This document shows, piece by piece, positions 1-12,829 of a stretch of DNA of 64,000 bases. The notes beneath the pieces are model-generated. The model ran no database searches. It was given only the letters and a program-made list of their open reading frames with translations, and was not told the origin of the DNA. Made by a program: the position numbers and the translations under genes. The stretch spans positions 17,769,101 to 17,833,100 of the forward strand of contig NC_134025.1 in assembly GCF_964204645.1 (NCBI RefSeq), in the 5' to 3' direction. How positions within the stretch are numbered: the first letter of the stretch is position 1; the number at the start of each line of letters is the position of its first letter. This DNA is from Tubulanus polymorphus. Its lineage: Eukaryota; Animalia; Nemertea.

Positions 1-590
1 TATTCTACTATGCAAAACCCAATGACCTTAAAACTCACCACAATCGTAGTACATGTCATGAAATACAACTTTGCAATTGACCATGGTAACAAAATATGCC
101 TAGGTACCAATCTAATAAGGAAATACTAAGCTATTCTACTATTCAACGCCCCCTGGTGACTATATGGAATAACTCATGTCCTTAAAAACTCACCACAATC
201 ATAAACAATGTCATGAACTACAACTTTGCATTTGATCATGGTAACAAAATATGCCTAGGTACCAATCTAATAAGGAAATACTAAGTTATTCTACTATTCA
301 ACGCCCCCTGGTAACCATATAGAATAACTAATGTCCTTAAAACTCACCAAAATTATGGAAGATGTCTTGAGCTACAACTTTGCAATTGATTGTGGTAACA
401 AAATATGCATAGGTACAAATATTATATAGAAATACTAAGTTATTGCATTATTCAACGCCCCCTGGTGGTCACATACAAAAACCAATGACCTTGAAACTCA
501 CCAAAATCATAGAACACGTTATGGGCTACAACTTTCCGATTGAATATAGTAACACAATATGCTTAGGTATGAATATAATGTGGAAAAACA
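1..590. repeat. ~154-bp tandem satellite inside family A element
   Basis: The unit TATTCAACGCCCCCTGGT...AAACTCACCA...TACAACTTT...GGTAACAAAATATGC recurs at ~140, ~295 and ~450. Confidence 0.9.
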
Positions 591-1163
591 TTTTTCCACC
601 TACAAATGAGTAATGATGACACCAAGATGGCCGCCAATTGTGTCATAATTGGCTGATCAAAAATACATGTCTCAGGTATAAAACATCCCTTCCCAAAGAA
701 TACCCATCACAATGAGAAATGGCAAACCAGTAGGAAGCTATAGGAGTCAGAATTTGGCCCAAAATTGGGCACTAAAACGGTCATAGGACGGCCATCTTGA
801 GTCCGATCGACACAATTTTTCTTATGTTGATGGACCCTTGGGAGGTACAAATATACACAAACAATCAAGGTAATTGATCAAAGCATCTTCAAAATATCCC
901 TCGAAAACTTTGAAAATGTGTAAAAAGTGCTGATTTTGGCGAACAACAATGGCTGCCAGTCGGCCATCTTGAATCTGGCAGGGCCAGTTTTGGGGCTGAA
1001 GATGTGTCTAGGGTAGATACATGTATAAATCAAATATCAAGACATAACCTTGAACCGTCTTCAAAACTTCCCAAAATAACTGGATTCCGTCTACGGACGG
1101 ACAGACGATGGATGATAACTGAACGCAATAGCCCGCTGGGACTAAAGTCCCAAGTGGGCTAAA
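1..1163 (-). mobile_element. Non-autonomous Helentron/DINE-1-like element (family A), cut by the window edge
   Basis: Terminal hairpin AGCCCGCTGGGAC-TAAA-GTCCCAAGTGGGCT followed by an A-run at ~1130-1163. An ACGG/ACAG (GTCY on minus) microsatellite lies at ~1093-1108, and there are internal ~154-bp tandem repeats. The same sequence recurs at 45925-47141, 59857-60659 and 63229-64000. Confidence 0.8.
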
Positions 1164-2289
1164 AATTTTGCATAATACCTGATACAATGAAGCTCTGTTA
1201 CCCAATAATCATGGTTTTCCACTAAAGAAATCAGAGATGTAAGACTTCCGTTTTTTGACAGATTTCCGTTTTTTTTTTTTCATTTTCCTGGTAAAAAAAC
1301 ACAGTGAAATTGCATCTGAGAGCACTAACAATTTGAAAAATTTCCCAATTTTTCAGGATATCAACTATTTTCCTTTTTTTTTCTTTTGGCCACTTACATC
1401 TCTGATAAATCAACAAAAAACGCTTCTCACGTCAACGTCACTCAAGTGTTCCTACAATTTCAAAAGAATTTTGCGGGCTTTAGACATTGATGGAATAAAT
1501 CAAAATCAAAATTCCATCAACATCAGACCCAACATTGCCATACTTAACTGAGTTCGTACACTACATTAGATCATATTTGGCAAAAAAGAAGAAATTCACT
1601 TACCCACTTCACGTCAAAATGGCGTGTATTCCTTGTTAATCTAAACTGATTGTTTGCAGGGATGAGAACCAGGGATTATGAAAAAAGCGGGACTTTTGAT
1701 GAAAATTTCTGTTAATTACTAAAATTGCAGCTAAATTGCAACATAGGCACTAAGCTCAAAGTGGGGGTTCCCAGCATGATTTCCTCAACAGCCCTGTGTT
1801 AATTCTAGATGGCAGCACGAACTGGTCATTTTTTCACAGTAGTTTATATTGGCAATACCAGATGGCAGCACATAATGAAAATCTTTCGGCGAAGTACAGT
1901 CGCATGCTTAAATACTCGTGAGCCGAAACATAATACATAATGCCAGACACAGCAAACCTTCCACCCCCCCCCCCCCATCAATTTTTCAACGGATCTGGAC
2001 AATTTGGAGAGCTTGTTTTTTTAAATTTCTTATCACAAAAAGTGATAATTTCTTATCCCATGATGATGTCAAAAAGCACGATTATGTAGGTCGCCGCCTG
2101 AACCATTGAAGAGTGGTGATTATGTGGAAAACCACGTGATAGCCACAGATCACCAGGGAGACAAAGGTTTTTTTCGGAGCATATATTCGCGATAAAATAC
2201 TGAACTTTAAATGTAAGAACTGAGGAACGGTTATACAACCTTGAACAAAAATCTGCAGACGACAATAAAACACTGCAGGAATTCCAACT

Positions 2290-2835
2290 CACCCATGACC
2301 GAGAAATGCAAGAATTAGCTAATGAAAATTGTGGGCTACGTAAGCAGCTATTAGAAACAAAGAAACTAGCAGCGGAGAATAACCAGTACTCTCGCCGTAA
2401 TCATTTGCGTTTATATGGAATTGTTCAAACACCCGCCGAAAATTGCGTGCAATTAGTCGTAACTCTTTGAATGCCGGCCTCCAACTAAGTGATCATGAAA
2501 AAATTTGTTCGGAGAATATGGAAGTAGCCCATCGCGTTAAAAACAGATTCAAAACTACTGACGACACAAACACTAAACCGAAGAATATTCTTATACGCTT
2601 TCATGACCACAAGATCAGAGACAATATTATTTCGAAACGTGCACGTTTAAAAGACTCCGGATTATCAATTTGTGATGATCTGTGCCCGGAGATAGGAAAA
2701 CTTGTTAATAGAGCAATTAACTCGGGAATCTACGACAAAGTCTGGACCATGAATGGTAAGGTTGAGGTAGTAGTCGACAAGATGGTAAGAAAAAACGTAT
2801 CGATCTCTACGAACCACTGCCCAATTAAACAATGA
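2290..2835 (+). pseudogene. LINE ORF1 remnant (coiled coil + L1-type RRM-like domain), frameshifted
   Basis: Motifs NQYSRRNHLRLYGI, EVAHRV, PKNILIRF, LSICDDL and KVWTMNGKV, typical of L1-like ORF1 in CR1/L2 elements. Confidence 0.75.
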
Positions 2836-3604
2836 ACTCAAATTCACTGACTGTTATAACTATGCCTGCTATATAAATTGAACTATTGTGTACTACTCCA
2901 TAGCAAACTTCAATACAATCGGACGGTCAACTCGACTCATATTTTAAAAAAAAAATTATGAAACAGTTTTGCAGTATATCCGTCATTCTGTCTCAAACCT
3001 TTCAAAACCTTATGTACCGTATATCAATTTTACAGTCTATATCCACAGGTTACTCAGCAGTCTTCCACTGTCCATTATAAAATATAGAATATCTAACCAA
3101 CTTTAAACTGTACATTATAAACTAGTATCTTTGAGTGTATATAATGCTGAGTGTCAATAAGGATTTGAATTTTCTTAGATGTATCGCATATAAACAAATG
3201 TTTAATTACAGCAACATGTGAGAAATTCTAAATTTCCTCATTGCATTAGTAACTGACAAATTTGATCCTATTTTGTATCTAATATCCAATATATATTTAT
3301 CAATGCCCCTACCTTAAAACTAAATTAGATTTTTTCAGGTTGATCTAATAGCCTAATATGCAATAACAACTGGCCTCTTTTATTTCCGCCAATTGTTGAC
3401 GCCGGTCTAACCGGACCATCACATGACATTATTTATATCACTATGAAAGTTTTTCTCTGTATTTACGTACAGGTTTATTGAATATTTTCTATGTATCATA
3501 TTTCATTTTTACAATACCTTTCATTTCAACTCATCTCATCACCCTGTTGATTATTCACTTATATTCGCTGGTTGAACTAATATTAAAGTTTATCATTTTC
3601 AGAT

Positions 3605-5666
3605 ATGTGTTTAGGAAACTTTGAACCAAAAGCACGCAATACACAAAATTTTGACAGTCTCCATTTAAATGACCTAACAGATGAGCAGTTATTTCTAAAT
3701 TATGATTCTCCATACAGTGAAATGCAAAATGTGAAGCAAGTTGATAACAATAGTTTGAATATCCTACAATACAACATACATAGCGTTCCGAGCAAACTTA
3801 ATGAGCTAAAAACTTTGATACATAAATTTAAAATGGCTAATATTGATATACATTTACTTCTTCTCTGTGATAGTCTACCCCTATGTCATTTACCAGGATA
3901 TGAACTTATAGAAAAACACAGAGACACTCGTAGTTGAGGAGGTGTTGCAATTTATCTAAATAAAAAACTCTCATTCAAACCTAGAGATGACCTAGGTATT
4001 TTTAAAGAGGGTAAACTTGAAACCTGCTTTGTTGAAATCTTATCGAAATCAGGTAAAGTCAGTGAAAATCTTATAGTCGGTGAGTTATACCATGTCCCTG
4101 GTACAGACGAACTAGACTTTTCCAGGATTATGAAACTATTTTGAATAAAGTGAAATCAGAAAGAAAGAAGGTCATAATCGGTATGGACCAGAACTTAGAT
4201 TTATTAAAACTAAATTAAAACTAAATATTCATAAAAACATAGCTAATTTCCTTGATATCAATATTTCTAATGATTTACTGCCAACAATATTTCGACCTAC
4301 TAGAATCACCCATAAAACAGCAACCCTCATTGATAACATCTACTTAAGCTCTAACTTACATAATAATTACAAATCTAATATAATCACTACATACTTATCA
4401 GATCATCTTCCTTGTTTTGTTTCTATTGCTGATCAAAATTCAAATACCAAAAATGTACCCACATTGTTAAGAAATTTAAATAAAGCTAATATTGACTTAA
4501 TTAAACAGGAACTATCCAATGTGGATTGGACCACAACAACAAATATGACGTGTGATGACAGTTATGACTTTATAGTTCAAAAAATTCAAGCATCATTGAA
4601 TCACTATGCTCCGCTTGAAATTGTGAAAAAACGACAATCTACACCTGTGGAACCCTGGATGTCATCTGGTTTAGTAAAGTGTTCTAGGAAATGTGATAAC
4701 TTGTTTAAGAAAACGTTAGATCTTCCTAAAACCAACCCCAAATATATACATTTTATAAACTACAGAAACCATTTTAATTACATTAAGAGAAAAGCAAAAC
4801 AGAATTATTATGCAAATAAGATACTTACTTCAAAAACGATAGTAGAAAATTGTGGAGTTTCATGAAACATTCTATTGGTAAGTTGAATAATAAATCTTCC
4901 TTCGTTGAATGTATAAAATTTCAAGGCAATAATATATCAGATCCAACATCTTTTTCAACATTTTTCAGTAAAATTGGAGAAGAATATGCTAACAAAATAA
5001 CAAATTCAAATAAACCCTTCACCGATTACCTAAAGACTCCTAATGATAACAATATATTTCTGAATCCAACTGACCCAAAAGAAATACTAACTCTGGTCAA
5101 ATCCCTACCAAATAAAAATAGCTCAGGATATGACGATATAAATAATACCCTGTTAAAAAATATTATTACTGCCATCAACCAACCATTAGCAAGCATTTTC
5201 AATAAATCTTTAAGTGAGGGAGTGGTGCCTGCAAACATGAAATTAGCTGAAGTTATTCCAATTGATAAGTCTAATGATAAAACCCTAACAACCAACTACA
5301 GACCAATTTCCCTCCTCCCTGTACTTTCTAAAATCCTAGAAAAGATTGTTTATGATAGATTATACAAATTTCTCTCAAAACAGAAATATAAACTTATATA
5401 CTATATAAAAGTCAATACGGATTCAGATCTAACCACTCATCAAGTCAAGCAATTATGGAATTATCAGGAAATATTTTAAAGGGATTTGAAAGGGGAAATT
5501 GTACTATGGGTCTATTTTTAGATCTTTCAAAAGCATTCGATTCTATAGATATGAACAAACTTTTAGTTAAACAGGAAAAATATGGTGTAAGGGGGGCCCC
5601 ACTAAATTGGTTTAGCAGTTATCTGACAAATAGACGTTTCTACATAAAAACTAATGAAACAAAATC
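3605..5666 (+). pseudogene. LINE ORF2, 5' part: APE endonuclease and RT N-terminus, with stops and frameshifts
   Basis: LNILQYNIHS, GGVAIY, PTRITHKTATLIDNIY, SDHLP, EPWMS, SSGYDDI, NYRPISLLPVLSKILEK and FLDLSKAFDSI. Confidence 0.92.
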
Positions 5667-8064
5667 AACAAGAGCCCCAAGGGGCACAATGGCCAGCCTG
5701 TCAGATTTGCTTTTTATAAATGATGTAATCTGTGGGTTATATTTATCAATATACACTCCCTGCTCAATGTCATTTACATAGTACAATCGTGTGTTAACAC
5801 AGACAGCAGGAGCGAATGTAATATAGAAATACTAAGTTATTGTATTGTTCAACGCCCCTGGTGGCCATATACAAAAACCAATGAGCTTGAAACTCACCAA
5901 GATCATAGACCATGTCATGAGCTACAACTTTCCAATTGATTGTGGTAGCAAAATATGCATAGGTACGAATGTAATATAGAAATACTAAGTTATTGTATTG
6001 TTCAACGCCCCCTGGTGGCCATAAACAAAAACCAATGAGCTTGAAACTCACCTCAATCATAGAACATGTCATGAGCTACAACTTTCCAATTAATTATGGT
6101 AGCAAAATATGCTTAAGTATCAAAATGATGTGGCTAAACTTTTTTTCCACCTACGAATGAGTACTGATGACCCCAAGATGGCCGCCAATTGCGTCATAAT
6201 TGCCTGGTCAAAAATACCCTCTCGGATATAAAAGATCCTTTAACAAAGAATACCCATTACAAATTGCAATGAAAAATGGCACACCATTAAAAAGCTACAG
6301 GACTCAGAATTCAGGCCAAAATTAACATTTTTGGGAACAAAAAAGGTCACAGGACGGCCATCTTGAGTCCGATCGACCCAATTTTTCTCATGCCGATGGG
6401 CCCTCGGGGGATACAAATATATACGAATGATCAAGGTTATTGATAAAAGTGTCTTCAAAATTTCCCTCGAAAACTTCTAAAATGTGTAAAAAGTGCTGAT
6501 TTTGGCGAACAACAATGGCTGCCAGTCGGCCATCTTGAATCTGACAGGGCCAGTTTTTGGCCTGAAGATGTGTCTAGGGTAGATACACGTATAAACCAAA
6601 TATCAAGACATTACCTTGAAGCGTCTTCAAAACTTTGGAACTCTCACGAACTATCTAGATGGTTATCTCTCGACTCAATAGCTTCAAGACCCATCTCAAA
6701 ACAACTTTGTTCCATGCAGCATACCATTAACTCTCGGAAAGCGAATTGGATTTAACATTTTTTTGGCAGAATAAAATTTGATTGAATTTGCAATTCGAGC
6801 ACATGGCTAATTAGCATATCAAGTTCATACACTCGATTTGGGAAAAGCAATTTTTTGCGAACCTTGCGCAATTGTCAAGGATGAATTTTCTGTAGAGCAA
6901 ATAAAAATTCCTCCCAAACACCAAATCAACTAAAGATTTCATAGAAATCGATCTTGAAATACGATTTTAAATCTTAAAATAAAACCCGGAAGTAAAACAA
7001 TAGACGATACCGCGGGTTCACGTGAACACCTGATTTCTGTAAACGAAATGTTGGTTGTGACAAAATTGTTCAGACGGTTATAGGTGGTAATTAGTACGGA
7101 AACGTAACGACCATGGTCGACTTATTCGATGAAATCAGGCCTACGTGATATCCAAATTTTGACTTTTTTATTCTCCAGACCTCCCTGATATAGAAATAAA
7201 AAATTTTGGTGGTACGAATAGTGCAATCACAGCGCCGACGGCGACAGAGCCGTGTCAGAGATCGGCAGAGTGAAAATTGCAGAGGTGGACGAACACAAAG
7301 AAGTAGGCTATTGAGCTACTTGAATCGTGAAAACTCCTGGCGCGGCCCCGACGCTTTTCGTTGATTAAGTAGTACAAATATCAAGCAATGGGTTTTCACC
7401 ACAATCTACCGCCGGTGTTTACCGGATTTCAATATCACTCCAAAATTCAAAGAAACCTCGAAATATCGAACCGCAACACTTTCGGTAGATATCCGCAGCT
7501 GCCCAACCGGGAAACTTATTTGTTGATAGCATCGATAGGATCCATCATCTTCTCCCGTCAAGGGATTCGAACCCACTAAGCTAAAGCCGTGCCAGAATCG
7601 GGTCGGGCCAATCACAGCGCTTGTAACAAACCACATTAGGCTTCTGTGGAATTTCCCAGTAAATGGGCCAATCAGCGAACACGTAGCGAACGCGGAAGTA
7701 TTGTCGCGTGTTGATACATGACGTCATGCGCAAAAGCGCCAGTAATGAGATCACGATAATTCACGTGAACAGCTGCTGATATTTTTAGATAAACCAATCA
7801 CAGGGAAGACACAACTTCCTGATTGGCTGATAAAAATTGAAATTTTCCCGATTTTATTTTCGTGAAAAATGCAGAAAACATTTTTATGAAAGCCTATTTC
7901 AAAATTCTGCTCGCTACGATTCCGAGAATGGATTACGCTTAAATACGTGATTTGTTCGAATATGCCCTCACTTGGCAAGCAAAAGAGCCTTTTGTGTGGA
8001 AACCATGTCATTTAAATTCGCTCCATTTGTATAGTAATAGGCTCAGCCTACGGCTGGCCTAAAA
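5667..8064 (-). mobile_element. Chimeric HINE-like element inserted in the LINE RT at an AA/TT site, no TSD
   Basis: Ends are ACAAGAGCCCCAAGGGGCAC-AATGGCCAGCC and AGGCTCAGCCTACGGCTGGCCTAAAAA, with an inverted GGCCAGCC/GGCTGGCC subterminal motif. 5800-6635 is family A sequence. About 6720-7040 and 7790-8064 match family B copies at 38770-39192 and 39860-40407. Confidence 0.8.
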
Positions 8065-9010
8065 ATAGATCATGTAGCGTATGGAATCCCTCAAGGTTCA
8101 ATATTAGGCCCTCTGTTATTTCTTATATATAAAAATGACCTTTACCAATCCCTTAAATATTGTAAATGTATTCTCTTTGCTGATGATACAACTATTCTTA
8201 TTACAGGCAAAAAATTATTAGATATTCAGGAAAAGGTAAAAAATGATGTTGAAATACTTGTAGATTGGTTTAGAGCGAACAATTTGACTCTGAATTTAAA
8301 TAAATCAAATTACATCATTTTCCATCTGAAAAATTTTACATTGAATACTCGTAATTTTGAACTTAAAGTTAATGATCAAATTATCAAAACAACCAATTTC
8401 TGTAAATTTCTTGGTCTCTATATCGACGAAATACTTTCTTGGGATCAACATGCCAAGCATGTACGGGCAAAAATTAATAGCAAATTATATCTTTTAAGAA
8501 ATCTGAAAAAGTTTCTGCCTTCATGGAACAAGAAGCTACTCTATTTTAGTTTCATTCATCCCTATTTGACCTATGGAATTACATTATGGGGTCCATTTCT
8601 CTCACAGAAACAGTCAAAATCAATTCTCAAATTACAGAAAAAACGACATACGTTACATCGATAATGCGTCTTACAATTCTCCCTCAACACCTATTTTCAA
8701 AAAATATGAAATTCCAAAATTTGATGATATTATCCAAATTGAACTAGCAAAACTTGGTTACAGCTTCTCAAAACAGCTCCTGCCTGAACCCATTATGAAT
8801 TTTTTTACAACTCACTCCTCAAATCACAGGTATAATACAAGATCTCGCAATTTCCCTAAAACGATCCATCATAAAAGTACAATTTTCAACAGCTCATTCT
8901 TAAACAAGATTCCTACCATTTGGCAAAATTTAGATACTAAAATCAGGAATTCAAGAACTATCAGCTCTTTCACTCGTGGTTTTAAACACCAATTACTGAA
9001 AAAATATAAT
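8065..9010 (+). pseudogene. LINE ORF2, 3' part (RT core and C-terminus)
   Basis: GIPQGSILGPLLFLIY, LFADDT, WFRANNLTLN, KFLGLYID, YGITLWG and HRYNTRS. Confidence 0.92.
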
Positions 9011-10202
9011 GCTATACATGAATACCAAATTCATCCAATTAATTTCCATATCACTCCATCCATTCACCCATCCATCCATATCTTATCATCATTATCATCC
9101 TTTCATAAAGGTATGGCCCCTCGCATTTGCGATACAGCCTTGAGGCTTTGGGTCAGTCCTTCATAGAACTATAACAGTGTAGATATTTAACTAAATTTAG
9201 TCTAAATTAACAGAGCATTTTTTAGGTCTAGTGTATGATATCTATTTCTTATTTTACGAATATTGTCTTATTTTCTTTGATGTTACTAAGGGGGCAGGGT
9301 GTCAGTCAGTTTTGGGGTGTCGGACTGTTTGTTTTAGAAATGTCCTTGTAGTGTCAGTCAGTTTGTATTGTTTTGATAACTGCCTTCTGGTCTCTGCCAC
9401 CCTTGATGTCTTATGTAATAGCATCCAGTTAACATTTGTTGAAAGAAATCAGAGATTCGAGTTGTAGCTTTTGAGCGGGTTGGATGTCCAGCCTCGTCCC
9501 TCCGATATATCATAGAAAATAAAGTAAAATTTACGTTTGAAGTTTTAAGAACGTTTTCTCGTCGTTGCTTCCTGATCGTTGACTTAAGGATTTTTAACGT
9601 AGTTACCCTGTGCTTGCGATGCGGAAATTTCAGGGTGCTATAGAACCATCTCCTACTTAATGTATTAAATTAGTATTTTCATTATGTATTTAATAATTCT
9701 TGTCTCTGTATTATTGTATATGTTCTATGTAAATAAAATATCAATCAAAAACAATGTACGGTACAAAAGACCAGTTTGCGTCACAGCTGCCAACCACAGA
9801 ACATTGTTTTGAGGGACGGATCCCTTTTTTTCGGGACAGCCATCAATTTTCAGGGACATCCAAAAATGTCAGCATTTCAGCTTTTATACTTAGAATCGAG
9901 TACTTATTTTGTGCCCAGGTGAAGGGAGATGCATCATGAATGAAAGTTTCTTAAAGTTTACGGACAGGAAATCTAACTCAATTGAATGTGAAAGTTAAGT
10001 ACTGACTGCTAGCTCCAGTGTTCATATGCCATATTAAATCATTCCTGGTTACCGTCTGCTAGCGCTCCAGTGTTCACTTACCATGTTATACATGCCTAGA
10101 GCTAGATTCCCCTACCGCTAGCGAAAAAGAGCCAACTTTCAAATTGAAAACATTGAAATTAATAAAAACCATGACATTTTCTGTGACAAAAGCTAATTGT
10201 TT

Positions 10203-12670
10203 AACAAGAGGCCCAAGGGCCTTATACCTTCATGACGCAGTAGAAGAATGATTCAGTATTCAAAGTTTTACGGAAAGATTTACATTGTAGCGATGTAACA
10301 AGTTCAAATATAGTTAAGATGGTATAGGCTATGTGGCGATAATGTTCATTTTCTGTTAATATATCCTTACATGACAAGACAAGCCCATTTTAGCTGCTCC
10401 GAAGATTACACTACATGAAAAAATGCATCAAGAATTGGTGAAGCATCTTGCTGGAAAGAAATCGAAGATGGATGGCAACCCTGGTGGCCATACTTGAACT
10501 CAATTTTCAATAAGGGGTAGACATTTACCGACCGAAATTCTTACACCTAGTATCATGAAAATGTATCAAGAATTGCAGGCCGTTTCGTGCTAGAAATTCA
10601 AGATGGCTGACCTGGCGGCCATTTTTGAAAGCCGATGACCTCCATATACAAAAGGCATGGAAAGCTTACCTACTCTGATCCACACACCATATTTTGTGGA
10701 AATCCATCAAGAATTGTGGGCTGCATCGTGCAAACAAGAAATTCAAGATGGCAACCCCAATGGCAGCCATATTTGATCACCAATGACATTTTTTTACAAT
10801 AGGGGTGGACATCTCTTTGATGTCCCTGTTTTCATCGTGCACGTGGTAACCATGTGCACGATGAAAACAGGGACATCAAACTAAAATAAAAACAATAATA
10901 TAAACTGGGTTTATATTATTGTTTACTTTGAACGTCTTCAACAGCTGATACAACAACACCCGCGTCTGTCAATCATCTTAATTGATTCATATACTAAAAT
11001 GCTCACTATGAAAAAAATATGTGGTGAATCGATACAGAATTTTTCAGTAGAATATCAGACACTAGGTACCTTTCTTTAAAGGTTAATTTGTTGTATGTCA
11101 TTAACAATCAGTTATATAATACTTCATTCATAACTTTGAAGCGGCGCACCGGCAGCGAACGCTCAAGCAAGGTCAGTCACGTAGGCCAACAATAACACAA
11201 ACCAGACCACGGTTTTGCCAGTTAAGAGCGTCTCTCTGCATAAATTAGAGGGACTGTAATGGACCATTTGTTGACACTAACCTTTAATAAACTTCGTATG
11301 GATACAATCAAGATAATTCCACCCTATAATTCCACTATTCCAACGATCGACGCGCAGCTTAAACATGGCGCCGCCATTCAATACGCTCGCGATGTATCTC
11401 TACATATATCAAAATCACACTTGAATTACAAGTGTTAACTTATGAGAAACGATCGAAATCTAGCAATTTGATTGGGAAAATAGCAGCACTATAGTTGAAA
11501 AAAGTTGATAAACTACCTCCGACTGTCTAATCATTTAAAAGCTTTGCCTTCACATGGAACTATTTCCGCTTTATCACAGGTGCCCTCTGCCGCCGTGATT
11601 TGCCCATTCAACGATAAAAACTTTCCCACGGTCTTACTATCGGCATTTTCTAATAATTTAGGGAAATATTTTTAAAAAGCGAAATTTCACACTGTGCATT
11701 AATAAGATTAAAGTATTTATTCGTTTGACAAATCTTCCTCTGAACTCTCACCAACAAGTTATAAGTGGCGACACGAAAATGACGTCATCGACTCACTACC
11801 ATCTTATAACCTTCCTGACTACGTCAAGACGGTAAAAATCCTTGACATTTTAAAGCTTCCCAGGGCAGCGGATTGATTCACCACATATTTTTTTCATAGT
11901 AAGCATTTTAGTATATGAATCAATTAAGATGATTGACAGACGCGGGTGCGGTTGCATCAGCTGTTGAAGACGTTCAATGTAAACAATAATATAAACCATG
12001 TGCACGATGAAAACAGGGACATCAAACTAAATAGCACTGAATTTTTTAATTACATGTGATTTGAATAGGCATCTGTGCTGGTTTTTCAAAAAGTCGAATC
12101 TTAATTGACTCCTTTTGCATAGGCCTAAGCCTGGACCTCTGGAATTAAATTGAATTGACACAGAACTTCGCCTGTAATTTGTGATGAATCTTTTTGAAAA
12201 TTAGTTTGAAGATTGGGTCCGGCGAGATGTCCACCCCTATTGGAATAAAAGGTCATTGGTGATCAAATATGGCTGCCATTGGGATGGCCATCTTGAATTT
12301 CTTGTTTGCACAATGCAGCCCGCAATTCTTGATGGATTTCCGCAAAATATGGTGTGAGGATCAGGGTAGGTAAGTTGTCGATGCCTAATGTATATGGAGG
12401 TCATCGGCTTTCAAAAAAGGCCGCCAGGTCAGCCATCTTGAATTTCTAGCATAAAACGGCCTGCAATTATTGATGCATTTTCATGATACTAAGTGTAAGA
12501 ATTTTGGTAGGTGAAATGTATACCCCTTATTGAAAATTGAGTTAAAGTATGGCCGCAAGGGTTGCTATCCATCTTGGATTTCATTTCAGCACAATACCTA
12601 CACCAATTCTTAATGCATTTTTTCATGTAGGCCTAGTGTGATTGATATTTGGGGCAGCTAAAATGGGCAT
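10203..12670. repeat. Nested foldback: ~435-bp diverged inverted arms (10382-10814 / 12225-12668) around an inner TIR element
   Basis: GCCCATTTTAGCTGC...AGGGGTGGACATCT is mirrored by AGATGTCCACCCCT...GCAGCTAAAATGGGC. A HINE-like end ACAAGAGGCCCAAGGGCCTT lies at 10204, with a similar end at ~37307. Confidence 0.8.
10817..12026. mobile_element. Non-autonomous element with ~150-bp TIRs and a rearranged left TIR
   Basis: TTTGATGTCCCTGTTTTCATCGTGCAC...GGTTTATATTATTGTTTAC...GTGGTGAATC (10817-11030) is the inverse of 11874-12026. Confidence 0.75.
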
Positions 12671-12829
12671 TGCAGTAAGAAAAAACCTTATGCAACAAGT
12701 TCACCTTTTGAATGTATGAAATAAACTTATCATGTGGCTACTCATAGATAGATCTGTGTGTGGGTGGGGTCTAGGCCTATTTACCCCCAGAATCAACTTA
12801 TTATGGTAGTGTTGAACTATTTGACGAAT

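Larger units (their letters stand above)
1950..9740 (+). mobile_element. CR1/L2-type LINE, near full length, degenerate, split by an insertion at 5667-8064 (outer boundaries approximate)
   Basis: ORF1-like region, then an APE endonuclease and RT whose reading continues across the insertion (YIKTNETKS | KIDHVAYGIPQGSILGPLLF). The 3' end has AATAAA and short repeats at ~9730-9752. Confidence 0.88.

Noticed and set aside
1657-1796. Small CAGGG...CCCTG MITE candidate
   Set aside because: The TIR match is short and no clean TSD is visible.
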